64,000 bases of DNA, from NCBI RefSeq assembly GCF_006345805.1, contig NC_043017.1, positions 31,868,001-31,932,000 on the forward strand. Direction: 5' to 3'. The notes beneath the pieces are model-generated. The model ran no database searches, had not been told where the DNA came from, and saw nothing but the letters and a program-made list of their open reading frames with translations. Source of the stretch: Octopus sinensis. Its lineage: Eukaryota. Within the stretch, counting starts at the first letter, position 1. Each line of letters opens with the position of its first letter. Below are positions 11,088 to 23,963 of the stretch, piece by piece. Both the position numbers and the translations under genes were made by a program.

Positions 11088-11689
11088 CACACACACACAC
11101 ACACTCACACACACACACACACACATATATATATACATATATATATATATACACATATATACGACGGTATATATACATATTACTTTACCAAGTTTAATGC
11201 CTATTTATTCACATTGATTTGAATGAGTCATGCATTATCTCAAACCTTTGCGATTACAACGATGTGATTGTATATTTCTAGAATGACATTGTAGGATAGG
11301 TGTGAGAGGCAGGATCTGGACAGTTTGAACCTAACAGGGAATATTTTGGCCAGATCTCTCTGGTTTAAATGTTAAAGGGTTAAACTTTAACATTTAGCAC
11401 TCGTGTTATCTAAGTGAGGGCACATGGCTCAATGGTTAGAGCGTTGGGCTCACACAATCATGAGATAGTGAGTTCAATTCCTTGATTGGACTTTGTGTCA
11501 TGTTCTTGAGCAAGACACTTTATTTCACATTGCTCCAATTCACTCAGCTGTAGAAATGAGTTGTGACATCACTGACACCAAGCTGTATTGGCCCTTGCCT
11601 TTCCCTTAGACAACATGTGTGGCATGGAGAGGGGAGGTTGGTATGCCTTCATGACTGCTGGTTTCAACAAACAACCTTGCCCATACATA

Positions 11690-12615
11690 TATATTTTTTC
11701 TCCAGTTGTTTGTCTTTATCACTTGATCTTGGGCTGCTACAATTAGACTCTCTGTTTCTTCTTTTGATTGCGCTTTTTTTTTAACCAACCCCAAGATTTT
11801 GTTCCACATACGTCTTCAGTGGCTCTCCAAAATTAGTCATGCAAAGGTTTCTCATCAATCTATCTGATGTGCTCTCTTTGAATTTCATTCTTTTCCTTTT
11901 CTCTTTATACACACTTGGTCTCCTGTTAACACTTTCATTACCGTATTTATTTTGAGAAGCTCTGTGTTTCTTTGAATTACTTTAAATATAACGAAGGATT
12001 TAGTAAAATAGCTTAGTTATCATTAAGCTAGTGTTAGGAACATAAATTGTGACTGGTGGAAGATTTTAATTCAGAACGTTTGGAAACAAGACATTTGTAC
12101 TAAGAGACAGAGTTGGTTTCAAGCAGGTTGGTATTAAAAGCATTAAGAATAGTTTCTCTATTATATATTTTAATCCTTTTGTTACCATATTTCTCTTGAG
12201 ATGCTCTGTGTTTCTTTCAATTAATTTTAAATATAACAAAGAATTTAGTAAAATAGCTTAGTTATCATTAAGCTAGTGTAAGGAACATAAATTGGGACTA
12301 AAGTTTGGTGGAAGATTTTAATTCAAAATTTATGAAAACAAGACATTTGTACTACAGAGCCAGAGACAGTTTCAGCCGGGTTGGTAACGAAAGGGTTAAA
12401 TGTCTTTAGTAGTCTTTCTGTGCTGCTCTGTAAATACTCTGCTAGACTTTTCCTTTCCATCTGTACACATTCTTCAACTACTGTTAAGCTTCTCCCACTC
12501 TGCTCTCTCCTCAAGTACAGCCAGATGGCATTAGCTTTCAGATGGTGGGCTTCATATTATGTTGACAACATCCTAGTTTTTCTGTCAAGTTTCCAGTCTA
12601 TAATTCCAACAATTC
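11690..12615 (-). pseudogene. Degenerate R4/Dong-like RT C-terminal region interrupted by two MITEs
   Basis: Minus strand DRKTRML..HHLKANAIWLYLRREQSGRSL and KEETESLIVAAQDQVIKTN, matching motifs in the 14530-16548 element. Confidence 0.7.
11926..12400. mobile_element. Two adjacent ~225-bp TTAA-type MITE copies
   Basis: Ends ttaa(c/t)c(c/a)ttt..ttacc and ggtaacgaaagggttaa; the copies at ~11926-12150 and ~12172-12400 are similar to each other. Confidence 0.7.
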
Positions 12616-12646
12616 CAATTACTATTATTATTATTATTATTATTAA

Positions 12647-13206
12647 GTGAGAGAGCAGTTCATGCCATCAAAGTGACACTGGGGTAAAATATACGAAGCC
12701 CAGTATACCCATCATGACTATCCGTCTGATAAGGGTACACCAGGCACATGCATCACAACCATATGTGCCCGACATGGTGATCTCATATCAAGATAAACGA
12801 TAAACAGCACATGACCTTGCAGGTGGGGCCCAGTTAGAATTTTCTTCAGGTTGAGTAGCCCATCCCGCTCAAATGGTCCCTGAATCAGGGTTGTTTAAGG
12901 ATGTTGAAAGAACCACCCATGTTTCCAGAGGTGAATTATTCAAACCCCAAAGAATCCCTCTCAACACATGGCTATGATGCTTCCCCACTACTTCTGCTCA
13001 TGATCAGAGATGCACATATCGTCAGCCACTAAGGGACATGCTCAACTGGTTAAGGTCAAACAACTGACAAGCAAATCTGTGGTATTGAGCATAATATTTG
13101 CTGTAAGCCCATCTTTTATACCAAGACAAAACAATGTACATGATAACACTTCCAATCAGTTAAGATCAGAAGCCATGAGAGCCACTGCCTGGTACTGCAT
13201 CAGGGC

Positions 13207-13208
<2 letters not shown>
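12647..13208 (-). mobile_element. ~560-bp non-coding TAA-associated element, apparently full length
   Basis: Same ends as 39433-39988 (5' atgccctg(a/g)tgcagtacc; 3' ..ctgctctc(t/c)cact then (TAA)n). Confidence 0.88.
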
Positions 13209-13264
<56 letters not shown>

Positions 13265-13272
<8 letters not shown>

Positions 13273-13507
13273 TATGTTTGACTTTTGCTTTATATTTATA
13301 CAAGTTGGCTGCAAGTCTCACCCAGAGACCTCAAGAGACAACAGGTTGGAAGTTCGTGTTGTTGTTATGCCTAGGGTGCCATATATTTGGTTTTATACTT
13401 AGTGTTGTACTAGTGAATATCTAAAAAAAAACATATGAAAATTATGTTTGTTTTAAAACTTGAGATGACATAGAAAGTATTTTGCGTATGATATGTGCAG
13501 TTCCCAT
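13265..13507 (-). mobile_element. R4/Dong-like extreme 3' end (ORF end + 3' UTR); sister copy 14066-14412
   Basis: Minus strand MGTAHIIRKILSM then tgaggtctctgggtgagacttg..aaacat(aat)n. Confidence 0.75.
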
Positions 13508-13523
13508 TATTATTATTATTATT

Positions 13524-14006
13524 GAGTGAGAGAGCAGTTCATGCCATCAAAGTGACACTGGGGTAAAATATACGAAGCCCAATATACCCATCATGACTAC
13601 CCGTCTGATAAGGGTACACCAGGCACATGCATCACAACCATATGTGCGCGACATGGTGATCTCATATCAAGATAAACAGCACATGACCTTGCAGCTGGGG
13701 CCCAGTTAGAATTTTCTTCAGGTTGAGTAGCCCATCCCGCTCAAAAGGTCCCCGAATAAGGGTTGTTTAAGGATGTTGAAAGAACCACCCATGTTTCCAG
13801 AGGTGAATTATTCAAACCCCAAAGAATCCCTCTCAACACATGGCTATGATGCTCCCCCACTACTTCTGCTCGTGATCAGAGATGCACATATCGTCAGCCA
13901 CTAAGGGACATGCTCAACTGGTTAAGGTCAAACAACTGACAAGCAAATCTGTGGTATTGAGCAGAATATTTGCTGTAGCCCATCTCTTATACCAAGACAA
14001 AACAAT

Positions 14007-14009
<3 letters not shown>
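13524..14009 (-). mobile_element. ~560-bp TAA-associated element, 5'-truncated copy
   Basis: Near-identical to 12647-13135; flanked by TTA repeats. Confidence 0.88.
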
Positions 14010-14068
<59 letters not shown>

Positions 14069-14455
14069 GTTTGGCTTTTGTTTTGTATTTGTACAAGTTG
14101 CTTCCAAGTCTCATCCAGAGACCTCAAGAGACAACAAGTTAGAAGTTCAAGTTGGTGTTAAGATTAAGGTGACATAGTTTTTGGTTTTGCACAGGGTGTT
14201 GTTCTAGAGAATGTCTGTCAAAATATAAGAAAATTAAAAGTTTTGTTTTGAAAGCGATTTGATTATAAGATGACAGCATGGTCTTAAGATGACAGTGAAA
14301 GTTGTTTGCTATTATGTACATCTAAAAGTACTTTTGACAATGTTTACAGATTAAAATGTTTTTGGAATTACCATAGACACTAATTTTCAAAGGATGTGAG
14401 CAGTTCCCATAAGAACTATTTTTTCGTCATCATCATCATCATCATCATCATCATC

Positions 14456-14505
<50 letters not shown>

Positions 14506-14529
14506 CATTATTATTATTATTATCATTTT

Positions 14530-16548
14530 TTCTTCTTCTTTCAAATTTGCTTCCATTTCTTGCCGAGTGTCTTCCCGACTCCTAGGGCAAAGAAACTCAT
14601 AGTATATATACATTGGTAGGCCATTAAACTAAACTCACTAGTTCGTTCATTTTTTCTTTTTTTTGATAGAAATAAAGTTAAATTAAAATACATGGGTAGT
14701 AATAGTTCTCACATCAACAATGCTCTTCTCAATGCGTGTGATGTACCAATTAAGACAATCTTTTGCACTCCTTGCAGGGATGGTAAGCCAGGGATCATTC
14801 TCATATAATTTTCGGTTCCCTTCTTGATCATTCCTAGTGCTCCTACGATCACTGGTATTGTAACCGCCTTGAGATGCCACATTTTCTCAATTTCAATGAG
14901 CAGGTCTTTATATTTTCTTAGCTTGTCAAACTCTTTCCCCGAGATATTATGATGCTCATGTCGATCAATAAGCAAACTTTATTGTTTTGGTCTTTCACAA
15001 CAATATCCGGTTTATTGGCTTTGATGGTTCGGTCCGTATGTACTGGAAAGTCCCACAGAATCGTTACATTTTCTCCTTCAGTTACAGCTTCAGGGTGGTG
15101 ATTATACCACTTGTCGGCAGTTTTGATATTGTAATGCCGACTTATTAGCCTGTGTAGATATTGGCCAACTCTGTCATGTCTTAATTTATACTCCACTGGT
15201 GCTAAGACTTTACATCCAGAGATTAGGTGGTCCACTGTTTCAATCATGTCGTTGCAGAATCGGCATTTTGGGTCTGCTCCATTTTCCATCACATTGGCCT
15301 GGTAGTTCCGGGTTAATAGGCTTTGATCTTGAGCAGCCAGGATGAAACCTTCACTCTCTGCTTTTAGCCCTGAGCTCCATAGCCACTGATGGGTTTGCTT
15401 CTGGTCAACATCAGCTTGTTTGCTACGGGCCACATATTTGCCATGCAGAGGTTTTTCCTCCCACCTATCAGCCAATTGCTTGTGCGCTTTTTTCGTTGCC
15501 ATTATTTTCACCTTCTTTGCAACAATAGTTGCCGTACTTCCTTTGGGTTGTTCAGTTTGGGTATCCTGTACGAGATCAATAGCAAATTTTTTGCTTTCCT
15601 TTATGATAGAATGAAGCTTCTATCATCTCTCATGATTTTTCACGAGCTTTAGCATCCAGTCATTCATTATTTCAGGACATTTGGCCAGTCCAATTGTGGT
15701 TGTTTTGTAAGCTAGTTCAAATTGGATCAGGCCTCGACCTCCTTGGGCTCTGGGAAGGTAAAGGCGATCTATGTCTGCCTTTGGGTGGTGCATCCTATTA
15801 CAACTCAGCAGCTTGCGTATTTTCCTATCTATATTCTTTACTTCACTCATATTCCAGTTCAACACATTGTAGCTATAAGTAACAACTGGAACTGCTAAGG
15901 AATTTATAGCTAACACCTTGTTACGTGCATTTAGTTCAGATTTCAGGACTGCACGAACTCTCCTATAACATTCCTTCCTGATCTTCTCTTTCATGCTTGC
16001 ATGCTGAATACCAGAGCCTTCATTTATCCCTAAATATTTGTATGTTTGTTCTTGCTCAAGCTCTCTTATGACTGTGTCAACATCTAACACGACTGAAATT
16101 GTGGTCTTCACTTTCCCTTTCTGGAAAGTGGCCTTGGCACACTTCTCAAGCCCAAACTCCAGCCTGATGTCATCGCTGAATGCTTTCACAGTGCGCAATA
16201 GGCCTTCAAGGTCATTATCATCTTTACCATAGAGTTTTAAGTCATCCATATAAAATACATGGCTTATTTTTTTATTGACAATTTTATACCCATACCCTGT
16301 TCTGTTTAATTCACTTGTAAGGGATATTAGGGCTATGTGGAATATTAGAGGTGAAAGTGAGTCACCTTGAAAAGTGCCACAGTTGATGTTTATATTTTTC
16401 TGAGGCAAGTACTCCATTAGAGTGGTATAATTGGAGATTTGTATTTCACAACGACATATTGGGGTTCAGGAAGCTTGAAATCACAGGGGAAATTTTGAAG
16501 ATGTCCAGCGATCTCAAGATCCATGGATGCGGTATACTGTCGAAGGCC
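14530..16548 (-). pseudogene. 5'-truncated R4/Dong-clade non-LTR retrotransposon (RT, CCHC knuckle, REL endonuclease, 3' UTR) with stops and frameshifts
   Basis: AFDSIPHPWI, GTFQGDSLSPL, YMDDLKLYG, YKYLG, CRFC..ETVDHLISGC, RHD, ILWDF..ANKPDIVV, KYKDL; bounded on both sides by (TAA)n. 3' UTR also seen at 40520-40640 (+). Confidence 0.93.
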
Positions 16549-16591
<43 letters not shown>

Positions 16592-16628
16592 TACTATTAC
16601 TATTACTACTATTACTCTTACTACTACA

Positions 16629-16677
<49 letters not shown>

Positions 16678-16719
16678 TTATTATATTATTATTATTATTA
16701 TTATTATTATTATCATTAT

Positions 16720-17155
16720 TATTCAGTAGTCTCATTTTTATCACATGCTTTCACTGCAATACAGAGCACAGCTGTGTGCTGTAGTTTGTTGTGATGCTCT
16801 TATTTTCACTGTATTGAAAGTGTTCTGTATAGGATGTGTGCAGTGCCTAGTAGTGCAATTTTCTGTATGTTACATACACTTATAAGTCCTGGTGTTTTGG
16901 TTATGTATTTGTCTGAATATTTTTTTATCATACCTAATGCGCCTACTATCATAGGAATTTTTTCTGCTTTTAGACTCCACTTTCGATTTACCTCTATTTC
17001 TAGGTCTTTGTATTTTGAAAGTTTCACCATTTCTTTTAGAGAAACGTTGTCATCTGTTGTTATTGATATATCGATTAGAAGGCGTCTTTTTTTCTTGGTG
17101 ATCTCTGACAACTATACCCAGTCTATTAACCTTGAGTTTTCTATCTATGTCTATT
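16720..17155 (-). pseudogene. R4/Dong-like 3' fragment
   Basis: LIDISI..KLSKYKDLEIEV..VGALG..GTAHIL; same family as 1322-1752. Confidence 0.88.
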
Positions 17156-17984
17156 GGCATCATCATCATCATTATCATCATCATCATCATCATCATCGTC
17201 AACATTATCATCATCATTATTAAGGTGGCAAGCTGGTGGAATTGTTAGTCTGTTGGGTGAAATGCTTCGCAGTCATCTTTCCGATGACATGGCTCGGTTC
17301 TTGGATGAATGAAATCAAGGAATACTAACAGTTAATCTTGAAGATTCCAAAGAGATTTGCCATGTCTGATTCTTTATGTCCTAGATTCAAACTCTTGAAG
17401 ATAACTTGCCTTTCATCCTTGTAGGCCCAGGGGAAACAAAGTGCCAGCTATATAGTGAACTCATTCTCTCTCCTCAAAATTGCCAGCCTTGTGTCAAAAT
17501 TAGAAATAATTATTTTTGCATTTGCGTGAAACTTGTTACATCTTCTTTAAATACAGTGATATTTCAAGATCAAGAGAAATTAAGTAGAAAAAGTGTTTTA
17601 TTTGATTCAAAACTTCTACATAGAAAGATAATGAAATAATTGCTTGCATAATTTTTTTCTGTTTGCGGGGAAAAAAAGTCTTTTAATTTGCTTAGAAAAT
17701 ATTTTTGCTTTCATTAGTAAACAAACAAAATGGCTTCTTTAGAGACACTTTACAAAAAATTTCAAATCAGAGCAAATGGGTTTTTAGTGAGTTAACAAAA
17801 AATCAAATGAAAAAGCAATCTTAGCACAACCTTATACTGAGAATAGCAAATATCATACCCTTTCTCACATCTTAGTTATTCCTCTAGACTAGATTGACAG
17901 ACCTTATGTTTTTATTGAAGGGTCCAAGTCTCGGTTATTTCAAGTCTGTTTTTTATATGTAATGCTGACTATATCAAAGGCAGT

Positions 17985-18717
17985 GATATTTCATCTGCTG
18001 TTACGTATCTGAGTTCAAATTCCACCGAGGTCGACTTTACCTTTCATCCTTTCGAGGTCGATAAATAAAGTACCAGTTACGCACTGGGGTCGATGTAATC
18101 GACTTAATCACGTTGTCCTTGTTTGTTCTCTCTGTGTTTAGCCCCTCGTGGGTAGTAAAGAAATAGGTATTTCGTCTGTGTTATATTCTGAGTTCAAATT
18201 CTGCCGAGGTCAACTTTGCCTTTCATCCTTTCGAGGTCGATAAATAAAGTACCAGTTATACACTGGATTTGATGTTATCGACTTAATCCGTTTGTCTGTC
18301 CTTGTTTGTCCTCTCTGTGTTTAGCCCCTTGTGGGTAGCAAAGAAATAGGTATTTCGTCTGCTGTTACAGTCTGAGTTCAAATTCTGCCGAGGTCGACTT
18401 TGCCTTTCATTCTTTCGGGATCGATAAATAAAGTACCAGTTATACACTGGATTTGATGTTATCGACTTAATCCGTTTGTCTGTCCTTATTTGTCCTCTCT
18501 GTGTTTAGCCCCTTGTGGGTAGCAAAGAAATAGGTATTTCGTCTGCTGTTACAGTCTGAGTTCAAATTCTGCCGAGGTCGACTTTGCCTTTCATCCTTTC
18601 GGGGTCGATAAATAAAGCACCAGTTACACACTGGGGTCAATGTAATCGACTTAATCACTTTGTCTGTCTTTGTTTGTCCCCTCTATTGTTTAGCCCCTTG
18701 TGAGCAATAAAGAAATA
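17985..18717 (+). mobile_element. Headless four-unit array of the ~184-bp SINE body
   Basis: Units restart near 17988, 18167, 18349 and 18533 at (g/a)tattt. Confidence 0.85.
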
Positions 18718-19220
18718 TATATGTAATGATGTCCATATCAGTGATCCCAATGTGGAGCATGTACCCCACCGGTGGGGCCTAGGAAAATTGTGGTGGGGCA
18801 TGAGATCCAACAATTTTTCTTGTTTTTTTTTTTGTTCTTAGTGGGACATGGAATTGTGAAAATCTACTTTTTCACAGCAAACGTACTACATTTATACTCA
18901 GCCTAGGTAAACCAATCCCTCCAACCAAGCATACTGTTTGCTACAGTATAGACCTATACTAATGCCCTGGGGTGGATATATCTTTAACGAAAATATATAT
19001 TCTTCTACTTTGTTATTCTTTTATTTGTTTCAGCTATTTGACTGTGGCCATGTTGGAGCACTGCTTTGGAGGGCTTTTAGTCAAACAAATCGAACCCAGG
19101 ACTGTTTTTGAAGCCTAGTACTTATTCTATCGGCCTCTTTTGTTGAACCACTAAGTTACAGGGACGTAAACACACCAGCACCAGTTGCCAAGCAGTGATG
19201 GAGGAACAAACAGACACAGC

Positions 19221-19253
<33 letters not shown>

Positions 19254-19676
19254 TGGGCTTCTTTCAGTTTCTGTCTACCAAATCCACCCACAAGGCCCAA
19301 GGCTATAGTAGAAGACAATCGCACAATGTGCCACACAGAGGTGGGGGGGGGGTGAACCTGGAACATTGTGGTTGGAAGGTAGCTTCTTACCACACAGCCA
19401 TGCTATAAATAAAGTTGTTTTTGTTTTCCAACCATTGGTGGGGGCATTTATTTTTCTGGGTGAGGTGGGGGTGGAATATGGTTGAAAAACACTGTTCTAC
19501 ATTTTATACAGAATTTGACTCTTTTCACTATTCTAAGTGTTACCTGTTCAGTTCCAACATATCCACAGACATAAGAATGGATCTGATGGATTATTGCATT
19601 TTCTACTTACCATATTCTATGATGCTAAAATTCACAGCTCAAGAAATCGATCTGAAACATAAAAATATGATTTAGA

Positions 19677-20100
19677 TAGGAGTGACTGTATGGTAAGTAG
19701 CTTGCTAGCCAACCACATGGTTCCGGGTTCAGTCCCACTGTGTGGCATCTTGGGCAAGTGTCTTCTGCTATAGCCCCGGGCCGACCAATACCTTGTGAGT
19801 GGATTTGGTAGACGGAAACTGAAAGAAGCCTGTCGTATATATGTATATATATATATGTGTGTGTGTTTGTGTGTGTGTGTTTGTCCCCCTAGCATTGCTT
19901 GACAACCGATGCTGGTGTGTTTACGTCCCCGTCACTTAGCGGTTTGGCAAAAGAGACCAATAGAATAAGTACTGGGCTTACAAAGAATAAGTCCCGGGGT
20001 CGATTTGCTCGACTAAAGGCGGTGCTCCAGCATGGCCACAGTCAAATGACTGAAACAAGTAAAAGAGTAAAAGAGAGTAAAAGAGTAAAGAGTAAGAGTA
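19677..20100 (+). mobile_element. Bipartite CORE-like tRNA SINE family 3: head + (TA/TG)n + tail ending (AAGAGT)n
   Basis: ggagtg(a/g)ctgt(a/g)tggtaagtagcttg..ggttccgggttcagtccc..ccttgggcaagtg. Further copies ~10530-10745, 19010-19395, 22460-22870, 27447-28330, 29130-29570, 34240-34690, 37036-37440, 38160-38550, 40103-40520, 46915-47600, 53950-54700, 56110-56380. Confidence 0.85.
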
Positions 20101-20129
20101 AAGAGATATATGAAAATATAATTCTTGAT

Positions 20130-20800
20130 GTGCAGTTAAAAGGACTGTTTATTACGGCGCAATTCTCCAAAAACTCAAATATCACTATTATAAGCATAAC
20201 TTTTGAAACATTTGGTTACAGAAAAAAATTAATGGCATTTTCAGAACCAGTTCCCTAAATTTTTTGGAAGAGAGCGAGAGAAACAAAAACGTGATAAATA
20301 AATATTTACAGTTGGTTTGTTTTGCAGAAATAACAATGTTTTCTCCTAGAGTAACAATTCTGTTGGGAATTCTGGTCTGTTAACGCATTCATTGAATATT
20401 GTTGCCAAAGTTTCTATGAATTCATCAAGAAATTGAGGACACTGTCAATTTTGTGAGATTCCCACTTGTAATCTATATTACATTGCACAATTCCTCAATG
20501 GTTCTGTTGATCCATGCTTTTGGTGTTATTCCAGTTTATTTATCCTTTCCACAGACTCGGCGCTTTGATTGTGCTCTGTGCTTTTGTTTCATATTTTCTT
20601 CCAATGTGTTTTCATTTCTTTTATGTTGGAATGACATCAACTGTTTATTTTCGTTGTTGTTGTTGTTGTTATTATTGTTGTTGATATCTTTATAAAATGT
20701 TTTTTTATATTTTGTTTCAAATGAATTATTCTCACGATAGAATTTTCCAAACATCTTATCCGCCATCACTTTCTTGATAAGATTTACTTAAGTCATTTTT
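20130..20800 (-). pseudogene. Highly degenerate LINE RT region
   Basis: Minus-strand fragments EFIETLATIFNECV..EFP and LSLSSKKFRELVL resemble the pre-RT/RT0-1 region; many stops. Confidence 0.4.
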
Positions 20801-21454
20801 TTTTCCCCTTTCAAGGAGAAAAAATAATTTTTATCTTTTTTCCTTTTTATTTCCCTGGGGTAAAATAGCTTCTTTCGTTGCTTTTCTCTTCTTACAATTT
20901 TACATAACATATTTTCTTTTCTCCTACCAAAGTTTTAAGTCAGATTTTGCTGTGAGGGTCTTACTCTATTAGGATTGATCCTGATTTCCCTTGACAATGC
21001 CATGACTACCAAATGGATTAAACTGTGTTGATATTCAGGTTTGTTTTAAGGGACATAATTTCATGAAGGTCCTTGTACTTATATATTATTTACTTGAGGT
21101 TACTTGAAATGTTTTTTTTTTTTTTTTGGTAACTTGGGCAACAATTCTCATGGTCTCTGCTTATTGATTTTTTATTATCAAATCCTTCCACTATCTCCAC
21201 TTTTTTTTTTTTTTACGTTAGATTTTGCCTCAGTGTTAACTCTAATTAATCTGTTGTGATAAATGCTTTGGCCTCTTTGTTGTTGAATAAAGAATTATGA
21301 TTCATATCCATTGTGACTCGATTGTCGGTTGCTTGTTTCCATGGAGTCCTCATGTGAATTCGGGGCTCATTCTGTGATTTTATTATTTGTGTAAACTTCA
21401 TCATCATCATCATCATCATCATCATCGTTGTCATCGTCGTCATCATCTATTTCT

Positions 21455-22035
21455 TTACTACCTACAAGGGGCTAAACACAGAGAGGACAAACAAGGACAG
21501 ACAAACGGATTAAGTCGATTACACCGACCCCAGTGTGTAACTGGTAACTTATTTTATCGACCCCGAAAGGATTAAAGGCAAAGTCGACCTCGGCGGAAAT
21601 TGAACTCAGAATGTAACGGCAGACGAAATACCTATTTCTTTACCACCCACAAGGGGCTAAACACAGAGAGGACAAACAAGGACAGACAAATGGATTAAGT
21701 CGATTATATCGACCCCAGTGCGTAACTGGTAACTTAATTTATGACCCTGAAAGGATGAAAGGCAAAGCCGACCTCGGCGGAATTTGAACTCAGAACGTAG
21801 CAGCAGACGAAATACCTATTGCTTTACTACCCACAAGGGGCTAAACACAGAGAGGACAAACAAGGACAGACAAACGGATTAAGTCGATTGTATCGACCCC
21901 ACGAAGCAACTGGTGCTTAATTTATCGACCTCGAAAGGATGAAAGGCAAAGTCGACCTCGGCGGAATTTGAACTCACAACGTAACGACCGACGAAATACT
22001 GCTAAGCATTTCGCCCGGCGTGCTAACGATTCTGC
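21455..22035 (-). mobile_element. Three-unit SINE array with head
   Basis: Reverse complement of the 2526 array structure, with the same junction cagacgaaatacctatt. Confidence 0.85.
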
Positions 22036-23963
22036 CAGCTTGCCGTCATCGTCATCATCATCATCATCATCATAATCATCATTTAACGTCTGTTTTCCAT
22101 GCTAGCATGGGTTGGACACAACTTATTTATTTACTTGCAGCACTGCCTTGTCTTGTTGGCATGTTGCTGCTTCTGTAGTTGTACTTCTATTGTCTTTTGA
22201 GTTCTTATTTGTTGTTTGCATGATCGTCTTTGCTGTGTTGCAGAGAGGCTTATGCATTGTGCATCAAATACAATTTGTTGTTGAGCTTCCATCAGTTTAT
22301 AGAAACAGAACATTTGATGTAAGGTCAGTTTCCTTTTCAATTTTCCATGTTTATTCTTTAAGTTGCACTTTTACACTTTAGCAGACATTTTTCCTCATTT
22401 ATAATAAAATCTCTACAAATTTCTAAATATGTCTAAGTTTAATATTTGTCATAGACATTAGGTGTAGGAGTGGCTGTGTGATAAGTAGCTTGCTTACGAA
22501 CCACATGGTTCCAGGTTCAGTCCCACTGCATGGCACCTTGGGCAAGTGTCTTCTACTATAGCCTCGGGCCGACTAAAGCCTTGTGAGTGGATTTGGTAGA
22601 CGGAAACTGAAAGAAACCCGTTGTATATGTGTATATATATATATGTATGTGTGTGCATATGTTTGTGTGTCTGTGTGTGTCCCCCACCCAACATCACTTG
22701 ACAACCGATGCTGGTGTGTTTACGTCCCCGTAACTTAGAGGTTCAGCAAAAGAGGCCAATAGAATAAGTACAAGGCTTACAAAGAATAAGTCCTGTGGTC
22801 GATTTGCTCGACTAAAGGCGGTGCTCCAGCATGGCCACAGTCAAATGACTGAAACAAGTAAAAGAGTATTCATTTTTGCTTCCCGCTGTCTCATGCCTCA
22901 TCTCCCCTGGAGTTTGAGTGTTTTAGACATCGAATGATAACACACATGTTGTACTTCTTTAAAGTACTGTACTTTGATCCATCATCTTTGCCTGATGTCA
23001 GCCACTTCTCTTTGATAAGAACCAACTGATTTATTTTAACTAAGACCATATTGCTTTTGTTTTTTTTTTTTGCTAGTTTGCTATCAAAAGATTTACGACT
23101 TGAAGCATATGAATATTATTTTAAAAGTGAGATTGTAGATAAATGATATTTTCTAAAAATTTATTGAAAGTCATTCCATCCAATGCTACAAGAATCTAGT
23201 TATAAAAGAGGCTGTGAGCGGCCACTTAATATGATGGGATATTCAAAAAAGAAAAGGGAAAGCAAAACAATATAGATATTTAAAGAAAAGCTACCCTAAA
23301 AATCCTAAAAGGATCAAGGCAAGATTAAACAGAACTAAGATAACATTTATATTTGAGAAATAGGAAAAGATTGTTTAGTAAAATAGATATGCAAAGAAAG
23401 AAAAAGGAAGAGCAGAAATAGTTCTTGTAGAAGATAATGATAGTAAATTGAGAAGAATTTTCAGAAAGATGAGTCACTTAGTAAGCCTGAATGGAGTGTG
23501 GTTTAGAACAATGAAACTAATGGCAGACCAACAACGGTAGAAGTATTTAGAGAATACAGATAAAGAAATAATATAGTGGGTTGGCGTTAGGAAGGGCATC
23601 CAGCTGTAGAAACACTGCCAAATCAGACTGGAGCCTGGTGCAGCCCTGGCTTCCCAGACTCCGGTCGAACCATCCAACCCGTGCTAGCGTGGAAAATGGA
23701 CGTTAAATGATGATGATGATGATGATGATGATGCAAGAAGGGTGGAAGTTTAACTATGAAATCAGAGGCAATAACCCTAGAAATTTCATTTTAAACTCAA
23801 TCAAAGAGAGAAAGAAAATCAACAGAGATACCATCCTAAATGTGATGAAGGCTTTCCATTGAAGGGACAACAGGAGGTTTATAAAGTTGAAGAATACGTT
23901 TGGAAGAAAATATTTGTTTCAAATATTGGCACAAGGCCAAGATTTCAGAACTTAAACACTATA

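Noticed and set aside
13010-13030. CUGACGA on the minus strand of the 560-bp element
   Set aside because: No GAAA or stem III follows. I also could not fit an HDV-like or twister fold, and a faint U2 snRNA resemblance at the element end is too short to count.
2526-22035. CRISPR-like interpretation of the regular ~184-bp arrays
   Set aside because: Eukaryotic context, whole units are homologous with no unique spacers, and there are no cas genes.
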